This document shows positions 58,327 through 64,000 of a stretch of DNA of 64,000 bases, one piece after another; the stretch's first letter is position 1; the number at the start of each line of letters is the position of its first letter. Where the stretch lies: the NCBI GenBank assembly GCA_963579845.1, contig CAUZHS010000002.1, positions 38,827-102,826 of the forward strand, written 5' to 3'. Source of the stretch: Dehalococcoidia bacterium. Its GTDB lineage: Bacteria > Chloroflexota > Dehalococcoidia > Lucifugimonadales > Australimonadaceae. The translations under genes and the position numbers were made by a program. The notes under the pieces were generated by a model. That model had not been told where the DNA came from. It saw only the letters and a list, made by a program, of their open reading frames with translations, and did no database searches.

Positions 58327-58635
58327 ATGGCACGAGAGAAAATACGGATCATCCTGAAGGCTTATGAGCACCGGCTGCTCGATCAGTCTACATCCCAGAT
58401 TGTGGACGCGGCTGAGCGTACGGGCGCCGCTGTTGTCGGTCCTGTCCCGCTCCCCACGCACATCAAACGCTTTTGCGTGATTCGCTCGCCGCACGTCGAC
58501 AAAGACTCGCGGGAGCACTTCGAGCTGCGCACGCACAAGCGGCTGGTGGACATCATGGAGCCGAATCCCAAGACCATCGACGCGCTGACCAGGCTGCAGA
58601 TGCCGGCTGGCGTGGATATTTCGATTAAGTTATAG
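58327..58635 (+). CDS. rpsJ: 30S ribosomal protein S10
   Basis: 102-aa ORF; [17 protein letters not shown]...[13 protein letters not shown]. Confidence 0.92.
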   Translation: MAREKIRIILKAYEHRLLDQSTSQIVDAAERTGAAVVGPVPLPTHIKRFCVIRSPHVDKDSREHFELRTHKRLVDIMEPNPKTIDALTRLQMPAGVDISIKL

Positions 58636-58645
58636 GCGGTTAACA

Positions 58646-59518
58646 GTGCTTTCGGGAATGCTGGGCAAAAAGATTGGTATGACTCACCTCTTTGGCGAGG
58701 CGGGTGAGTTGCAGCCGGTTACCGTTCTGGAAATCGGGCCGTGTGTGGTGACGCAACTCCGCACGCCGTCCACCGACGGCTACGAGGCGGTGCAACTGGG
58801 GTACGGCCATGTGAAGCAACTGAACAAGCCAGCCAGGGGGCATCTCAAGAACCTCGATAACCTACGATACCTGCGTGAGTTCGAGCCGGCCGCCGCCGCC
58901 GTGTACGAGGTTGGACAGACCTTGGACGTGCGGCAGTTCTTTCCCGGCGAGACGGTTCACGTCAGCGCTCGCTCCAAAGGGCGTGGTTTCCAGGGCGTCG
59001 TCAAGCGCTACGGTTTCGCCGGCGGTCCGAAGAGCCACGGGCAAAAAGACCGCCATCGGGCTCCGGGGTCCATTGGCGGGACCACCTTCCCTGGACGAGT
59101 GTTCAAGGGCAAGAAAATGCCTGGCCACATGGGTAATACCAAGATTACTGTCCGCAACCTTCATGTGGTGAGCGTGGACCCGCAGCGCAACTTGCTCATG
59201 GTGAGCGGAGCGGTCCCCGGAAGCAGGAATGCGTTGGTTACGGTATTGCATGCCGATATGGTTTCCGCTGCCAAGGCGTACGAGGAGCAGATGGCGGCTG
59301 GGCTTGTCGAATCCGAGGCCCCGGAAGAGGTCCCTGTCGAGGCTCCCATTGCCGAGGAGGCCCCGGAGCAGCCTGGGGCTGGGGTTGTTGTTGTAGGGGC
59401 CGACGCTGAGCCCACCGCAGATGTCGCCGCCGTGGCGGTTGAGGAAGAGTCTCATCCCGATACTGAGGCGGACGCTGAGCCTGAGCCGGAGCAAGACGAA
59501 CAAAAGGAGCAGGCGTAA
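58646..59518 (+). CDS. rplC: 50S ribosomal protein L3 with about 75-aa acidic C-terminal extension
   Basis: [12 protein letters not shown]...[18 protein letters not shown]. The L3 body ends near VTVLHA; the tail is rich in A/E/P/V. Start is 58646 (GTG) or 58658 (ATG). Confidence 0.9.
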   Translation: MLSGMLGKKIGMTHLFGEAGELQPVTVLEIGPCVVTQLRTPSTDGYEAVQLGYGHVKQLNKPARGHLKNLDNLRYLREFEPAAAAVYEVGQTLDVRQFFPGETVHVSARSKGRGFQGVVKRYGFAGGPKSHGQKDRHRAPGSIGGTTFPGRVFKGKKMPGHMGNTKITVRNLHVVSVDPQRNLLMVSGAVPGSRNALVTVLHADMVSAAKAYEEQMAAGLVESEAPEEVPVEAPIAEEAPEQPGAGVVVVGADAEPTADVAAVAVEEESHPDTEADAEPEPEQDEQKEQA

Positions 59519-59520
59519 GC

Positions 59521-60264
59521 GTGCAGTTTCCAGTGAAAAATACCAAGGGTGAGGTGGTTGGCCAGATGGAGCTGAGCGACCAGGTGTATGGCGCGCCGCT
59601 GAATGCGGACCTGCTGCATCAGGTTATGGTTCACCATCAAGGTAACCAGCGCCAGGGCACAAGCAGCACCAAGACTCGCGGAGAGGTTTCGGGTGGCGGG
59701 CGCAAGCCCTTCGCCCAGAAGCACACGGGCCGCGCCCGGATGGGCAGCACCCGTTCGCCTCTGGCCCGTCACGGCGGCGTCACTTTTGGGCCCAGGCCTC
59801 GGTCCTATCGGACCAGCCTCCCTAAGAAGATGCGCCGACAGGCTATTCGCTGCGTCCTTTCGGCAAAGGTAGCGCAATCGAGGGTGGTGGTGCTGGAGAA
59901 TATGGATTTTGCCGCCGGAAAAACAAAGGAGATGGCCGCTGTGTTGCAAGCGCTCTCCGTCACATCGTCGGCATTGGTGGTTACTCCCAGGCCGGAGCGG
60001 AACGTGTCTCTGGGCGTGCGCAACATCTCTCGGGTGAAGACCCTGACCGCGGACCTACTAAACGTGCTGGACTTGCTGCGCTACGATATGGTGGTGATGA
60101 GCGTGGAGGCTGCCGAGCGGACCAACCATCTCTGGTCGACCGCATCAGTGCCGGTTGCTGAACAGGCGGTGGAGGTAACGGAGCAGGAAGAAGAGAAAGC
60201 GACTCCCGCGCCGGCCCCCAAGCGGGCTCCCAGGCGCCGGAAGGAGGCTTCCAGCACCGCCTAG
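59521..60264 (+). CDS. rplD: 50S ribosomal protein L4 with about 45-aa C-terminal extension
   Basis: 247-aa ORF; GGGRKPFAQKHTGRARMGSTRSP motif; tail ...EQAVEVTEQEEEKATPAPAPKRAPRRRKEASSTA. Confidence 0.9.
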   Translation: MQFPVKNTKGEVVGQMELSDQVYGAPLNADLLHQVMVHHQGNQRQGTSSTKTRGEVSGGGRKPFAQKHTGRARMGSTRSPLARHGGVTFGPRPRSYRTSLPKKMRRQAIRCVLSAKVAQSRVVVLENMDFAAGKTKEMAAVLQALSVTSSALVVTPRPERNVSLGVRNISRVKTLTADLLNVLDLLRYDMVVMSVEAAERTNHLWSTASVPVAEQAVEVTEQEEEKATPAPAPKRAPRRRKEASSTA

Positions 60265-60292
60265 GGGTTGTTGTGGTGCATGGAGATTCATT

Positions 60293-60589
60293 ATGTCAAT
60301 GAGGGTGCTCTCAGTTCTTCTGAAGCCGGTGGTCACCGAGAAGACGACGCTAATGCAGGAGCAGAACAAGTATGTCTTTGAGGTGCTGCTCAGCGCGAAC
60401 AAATCGCAGGTACGCGAGGCGGTAGAGCGCGCTTTCGAGGTGAAGGTCACCTCTGTCCACATGATGAAGGTGAAGGGCGAAATGCGCCGTATCGGTGCAA
60501 GCCGTCGGCTGGTTAAGGCGCCAAGTGTGAAAAAAGCAGTGGTGACCCTTGTTCCTGGGGATACCATCCAGTTGTTTGAGGGAGCGTAG
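60293..60589 (+). CDS. rplW: 50S ribosomal protein L23
   Basis: 98-aa ORF; [11 protein letters not shown]...KYVFEV...KKAVVTL. Confidence 0.9.
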   Translation: MSMRVLSVLLKPVVTEKTTLMQEQNKYVFEVLLSANKSQVREAVERAFEVKVTSVHMMKVKGEMRRIGASRRLVKAPSVKKAVVTLVPGDTIQLFEGA

Positions 60590-60591
60590 CA

Positions 60592-61422
60592 ATGCCCCTG
60601 AAACGAATAAGGCCATTGACACCGGGGCAGCGCGGAGCGTTGCGCCCCGACTTCGCGGAAATCACCAGGCGAAAGCCGCATAAGCCCCTCACTGTTGGCC
60701 TGCGAAAGCATGGCGGACGGAACTCCCGGGGCAAGGTGACGGTACGGCATCGGGGCGGTGGCGAGAAGCGGCGGTGGAGGCAGGTGGACTTCAAGCGAGA
60801 TAAGCTGGGCATCCCGTGCCGGGTGGAAAGCGTTGAGTACGACCCGAACCGCTCTGCGCGGATTGCGCTCGTGGTATACTCCGATGGCGAGCGCCGCTAT
60901 CACCTGGCGCCGGTGGGTGTCGGAGTGGGTGACCGGCTAATGTCCGGTCCCGACGCGGAAATCCGGGCAGGGAATGCATTGCCCATTCGTTCAATCCCGA
61001 CGGGCACGGTGATACACAACATCGAGTTGCAGCCCGGTAAGGGTGGCCAGATGGTGAGGAGTGCTGGCGTTGGGGCACAGGTGCTCGCCAAAGAGGAGCA
61101 ATATTCCATGGTACGGATGCCCTCCGGCGAAGTGCGTCGTCTGCTGAGTGCATGCATGGCGACTATCGGCCAGGTGGGGAACCAAGACCACAAGAACGAG
61201 AAGATTGGGAAGGCGGGAAGGAAGCGGCACATGGGTTGGCGTCCCACGGTTCGTGGGTCGGCCATGTCGCCGAGAGACCATCCACACGGTGGTGGTGAAG
61301 GCCGTTCCGGTATCGGTATGAAACATCCCAAGACCCCTTGGGGCAAGCCAGCCCTGGGTCCCAAGACCCGGCGCCGGCACCACACGGATGTCTTCCGCGT
61401 GAGGGACAGGAGGGCCAAGTAA
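60592..61422 (+). CDS. rplB: 50S ribosomal protein L2
   Basis: 276-aa ORF; [31 protein letters not shown]. Confidence 0.92.
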   Translation: MPLKRIRPLTPGQRGALRPDFAEITRRKPHKPLTVGLRKHGGRNSRGKVTVRHRGGGEKRRWRQVDFKRDKLGIPCRVESVEYDPNRSARIALVVYSDGERRYHLAPVGVGVGDRLMSGPDAEIRAGNALPIRSIPTGTVIHNIELQPGKGGQMVRSAGVGAQVLAKEEQYSMVRMPSGEVRRLLSACMATIGQVGNQDHKNEKIGKAGRKRHMGWRPTVRGSAMSPRDHPHGGGEGRSGIGMKHPKTPWGKPALGPKTRRRHHTDVFRVRDRRAK

Positions 61423-61423
61423 G

Positions 61424-61711
61424 ATGTCGCGTTCCATTAAGAAAGGGCCCTACGTGCACCCGAAGCTGGCCAAGAAGGTGGACCGTGCCCAAGCAAGTTC
61501 AACAAAGGTTATGATACGAACGTGGTCACGGGCGTCGACTATCATGCCGAACATGTTGGGTATGACCTTTGCTGTCCACGATGGGCGACGGCATATTCCG
61601 GTGTTTGTCTCGGAGAACATGGTGGGTCACAAACTGGGCGAATTTGCGCCCACGCGGACCTTTCGTGCCCATGTCACAAAGTCGGAACGAACCACATCGG
61701 TGCGAAGGTAA
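61424..61711 (+). CDS. rpsS: 30S ribosomal protein S19
   Basis: 95-aa ORF; [11 protein letters not shown]...[12 protein letters not shown]. Confidence 0.92.
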   Translation: MSRSIKKGPYVHPKLAKKVDRAQASSTKVMIRTWSRASTIMPNMLGMTFAVHDGRRHIPVFVSENMVGHKLGEFAPTRTFRAHVTKSERTTSVRR

Positions 61712-61714
61712 GCC

Positions 61715-62050
61715 ATGCCAGTCCGAGCGTATGCAAAGGGAGTAGGAATGTCCACGAAGCGGCTTCGTCCATTGGTGGACGCGCTTCGAGGCAAGCGTGT
61801 ACAGGAGGCGATGAACGCGCTGCGGTTTGTTCCCGGCCCCGCTGCGCTGCGTATCTCCATGGTGCTGAAATCGGCGGTCTCGAATGCCGAGAACAACATG
61901 ATGATGAATGCCAGCCGCTTGAAGGTGGTTGGCGCCACGGTGGACGGCGGTCCGGTGATAAAACGTTTTCGAGCTCGCGCGAGAGGCAGGGTGGGCAGTG
62001 TCCACCGACCGACCTCTCACATAACCATTGTCGTGGACGAGGTGGAGTAG
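61715..62050 (+). CDS. rplV: 50S ribosomal protein L22
   Basis: 111-aa ORF; position and ...RFRARARGRVGSVHRPTSHITIVV. Confidence 0.9.
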   Translation: MPVRAYAKGVGMSTKRLRPLVDALRGKRVQEAMNALRFVPGPAALRISMVLKSAVSNAENNMMMNASRLKVVGATVDGGPVIKRFRARARGRVGSVHRPTSHITIVVDEVE

Positions 62051-62769
62051 TGGGACAAAAGACACACCCCATCGGATTTCGGTTGGGGATTGTTAGAGAC
62101 TGGGAGGCACGCTGGTTTGGCGGTACAGCCAAAGAGTATTCCTCGCAAGTTCTTGAGGATATCGAGATTCGGAAGGTGGTCATAGGCCGGAACGCCGATG
62201 CGGGCATCTCCCGGGTGAATATCGAGCGGACGGCCCAAGACCTGACGGTGAATGTGCATACGGCTCGTCCGGGGATTGTCATCGGTAGGGGCGGGCAACG
62301 GGTGGATGAACTCCGCAAGGCCCTTGAGGTGGCGACCACTGGTAAGCGGGTGCGTCTGAACGTGCTGGAGATCCGCCAGCCGGAGATGGACGCTTTCTTG
62401 GTGGCACGCAATATCGCTGACCAGCTTGAACGCCGCGTGGCCTATCGGCGGGCGATTCGCCAGTCTGTGACCCGAGCGATGCAGGCGGGCTGCAAGGGTA
62501 TCAAGGTGTTGGTCTCGGGACGGCTTGGTGGGGGTGAAATCGCCCGCAATGAGAAGGCTATGGATGGCCGGGTGCCGCTGCACACGCTTCGGGCTGATAT
62601 CGACTATGGCCTATCGGAAGCCCGTACCACGATGGGCCGCATCGGTGTGAAGGTATGGATTTATCGTGGAGATGTCGTGACGGACCGGCGGAACCAGCAG
62701 GGCGCTGAGCCGAAGGTGCTCCAGGCTGGGCTGGGTGCGTCTGAGGGTGAAGGTCATGTTACAGCCTAA
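62050..62769 (+). CDS. rpsC: 30S ribosomal protein S3
   Basis: GTG at 62050 (shares one nt with the rplV TAG). [16 protein letters not shown] domain, [11 protein letters not shown]. The long 61522..62769 ORF is an open-frame artefact upstream of this start. Confidence 0.9.
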   Translation: MGQKTHPIGFRLGIVRDWEARWFGGTAKEYSSQVLEDIEIRKVVIGRNADAGISRVNIERTAQDLTVNVHTARPGIVIGRGGQRVDELRKALEVATTGKRVRLNVLEIRQPEMDAFLVARNIADQLERRVAYRRAIRQSVTRAMQAGCKGIKVLVSGRLGGGEIARNEKAMDGRVPLHTLRADIDYGLSEARTTMGRIGVKVWIYRGDVVTDRRNQQGAEPKVLQAGLGASEGEGHVTA

Positions 62770-63184
62770 ACGGACACGATACCGCAAGGTCCACCGGGGT
62801 CGGATGCGTGGGCTGGCCACCAAGGGAAACTCAGTAGCCTTTGGCGAGTTCGGCCTGAAGAGTCTGGAGCCCGCATGGATCACCGCACGGCAGATTGAGG
62901 CAGGTAGGCGTGCGATAACCCGTCACCTGCGCCGGGGAGGCCGGGTATGGATAAGGGTCTTCCCCGATAAGCCCTATACACACAAGCCGGCCGAGACGCG
63001 GCAGGGCAGTGGAAAGGGTCCTGTGGAGGGGTGGGTTGCCGTGGTCAGGCCGGGCAGGATTATGTTCGAGGTTGGTGGGGTGGGTTCCGAAATCGCGAAA
63101 GCGGCCCTGGCCCGGGCGGCTCAAAAGCTGCCTATCCAGACCCGAACGGTAGGGCGCTCCGACCTCACACATATTGAAGGGTAG
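62756..63184 (+). CDS. rplP: 50S ribosomal protein L16
   Basis: [19 protein letters not shown] at the internal ATG 62756. Confidence 0.9.
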   Translation: MLQPKRTRYRKVHRGRMRGLATKGNSVAFGEFGLKSLEPAWITARQIEAGRRAITRHLRRGGRVWIRVFPDKPYTHKPAETRQGSGKGPVEGWVAVVRPGRIMFEVGGVGSEIAKAALARAAQKLPIQTRTVGRSDLTHIEG

Positions 63185-63188
63185 TGGA

Positions 63189-63398
63189 ATGGCAGAAAAG
63201 ATAGATCCCATTCGGGCAATGGCTAAAGAGCGGCTCAATGAGGAAGAGGAAAATACCCATAAGGACTTGCTGAACCTGCGTTTTCGGCATGCGACTCGAC
63301 AGTTGGTTAATGTCGATGAGTTGAAGCAGGCGAAACGTCGGCTGGCCCGAATCAAGACCATTAGGCGCGAACGTGAACTGGCGGGAGTCCAGCAATGA
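63189..63398 (+). CDS. rpmC: 50S ribosomal protein L29
   Basis: [39 protein letters not shown]; ATG at 63189 preferred over the TTG at 63174. Confidence 0.85.
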   Translation: MAEKIDPIRAMAKERLNEEEENTHKDLLNLRFRHATRQLVNVDELKQAKRRLARIKTIRRERELAGVQQ

Positions 63399-63973
63399 GC
63401 GACGATCGAGGCGACCGTAAGGTCCGTACAGGCCGGGTGGTTTCTGACAAAATGGACAAGACAGTGGTGGTGGTGGTGGAGCGCCGAGTGCGTCACCACC
63501 TCTACCGCAAGGTCTTGCGACGGATGGCCAAGTACAAGGCGCATGACGAGCAGAACCAGTACCAGGTTGGCGACTTGGTGAGCATTATGGAGACGCGTCC
63601 TATCTCGGCCAGTAAGCGCTGGCGGGTGCTGGAATTGCTCTCGAAGCGCGCCGTACCCGAAACGAGCCCCCTTGAGGCCATCGAGGCAGAAGTGGAGCAG
63701 GTCGTGGTCGCCGCAGCGGTCGTAGGAGCCGAACTAGAAGTAGTCGAAGCTGAGGCAGCATCGGAAGAGACGCCGGCTGAGCCCGAAGCTGAGGCAGTAT
63801 CGGAAGAGACGCCGGCTGAGCCCGAAGCTAAGGTAGCATCGGAAGAGACGCTGGCTGAGCCCGAAGCTGAGGTAGCATCGGAAGAGACGCCGGCTGAGCC
63901 CGAAGCTGAGGTAGCATCGGAAGAGACGCCGGCTGAGCCCGAAGTGGATGAGAAGGAGACGGAAGAACGGTGA
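63395..63973 (+). CDS. rpsQ: 30S ribosomal protein S17 with about 105-aa repetitive acidic C-terminal extension
   Basis: N-terminal 85 aa are S17-like ([29 protein letters not shown]...[13 protein letters not shown]). They continue in frame into a repeat-encoded tail; stop overlaps the rplN GTG. Confidence 0.9.
   Translation: MSDDRGDRKVRTGRVVSDKMDKTVVVVVERRVRHHLYRKVLRRMAKYKAHDEQNQYQVGDLVSIMETRPISASKRWRVLELLSKRAVPETSPLEAIEAEVEQVVVAAAVVGAELEVVEAEAASEETPAEPEAEAVSEETPAEPEAKVASEETLAEPEAEVASEETPAEPEAEVASEETPAEPEVDEKETEER
63746..63940 (+). repeat. 5 x 39-bp tandem repeat inside rpsQ
   Basis: Unit GAAGCTGAGG(C/T)AG(C/T)ATCGGAAGAGACGC(C/T)GGCTGAGCCC at 63746, 63785, 63824, 63863 and 63902. Units 4 and 5 are identical. 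Encodes the 13-aa unit EAE(A/V)(A/V)SEETPAEP. Confidence 0.92.
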
Positions 63974-64000
63974 TTCAGACCTTTAGCCGTCTTATAGTTG
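63970..64000 (+). CDS. rplN: 50S ribosomal protein L14 (5' end only, runs off window)
   Basis: GTG ATT CAG ACC TTT AGC CGT CTT ATA GTT = [10 protein letters not shown], the typical L14 N-terminus, in the expected position after rpsQ. Confidence 0.7.
   Translation, partial: MIQTFSRLIV

Noticed and set aside
61522-62049. 5' part of the 415-aa ORF that ends as rpsC
   Set aside because: This frame merely stays open across rpsS/rplV. S3 homology begins at GTG 62050 ([14 protein letters not shown]), and the upstream part overlaps two genuine ribosomal protein genes in other frames.
63746-63940. Tandem 39-bp repeats as a possible CRISPR array
   Set aside because: The units are contiguous with no spacers, lie in frame within rpsQ, and encode a regular 13-aa peptide unit. 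No cas genes or leader are present.

Overview
GC-rich bacterial chromosomal segment (composition judged by eye, not computed). It is almost fully coding, with about 65 protein genes. I recognised no rRNA, tRNA, CRISPR array, transposase or integrase. A Firmicute-style T-box, tandem LigB-type dioxygenases and the ribosomal operon layout suggest a Chloroflexota-like organism, but this is inference only. All family calls come from motifs I recognise in the translations, not from searches.

Left to right:
- Compact arginine operon argJ-argB-UPF0182-argD-argG (minus strand).
- serA plus a class-V aminotransferase.
- Divergent MFS transporter / 859-aa PEP-utilising (rifampicin-phosphotransferase-like) enzyme pair.
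- Gamma-carbonic-anhydrase-like protein.
- T-box-controlled trpS-IMPase, then YihY.
- 11-ORF Mrp-type cation/proton antiporter cluster with three antiporter-like subunits.
- Hypothetical protein, polA, 2-hydroxyacid dehydrogenase, acsA.
- hisH-hisA plus a small PHA-like protein.
- ychF, GNAT, hemW.
- Two tandem LigB-like dioxygenases and a DUF427 gene with an in-frame TAG.
- Aconitase, a VOC gene remnant, selB, a stand-alone NurA-like nuclease and a zinc-metalloprotease lipoprotein.
- pth, a small coupled ORF, ligA.
- DUF1015, S51 peptidase, PduO-type adenosyltransferase.
- The str/S10/spc ribosomal operon (rpsL to rplN), which runs off the window end.

Most noteworthy observations:
1. The function-unknown UPF0182 membrane protein is translationally embedded in the arginine operon.
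2. The Mrp cluster resembles a complete complex-I-type membrane arm with no redox module.
3. Ribosomal proteins S17, L3 and L4 carry acidic C-terminal tails. The S17 tail is built from five near-perfect 39-bp tandem repeats.
4. An orphan selB is followed by a HerA-less NurA-like nuclease with a Cys4 insertion.
5. There is a DUF427 gene with an in-frame amber codon, and a VOC remnant with an in-frame TGA.

None of these is proven novel. Each needs database and comparative checks that I cannot run here.
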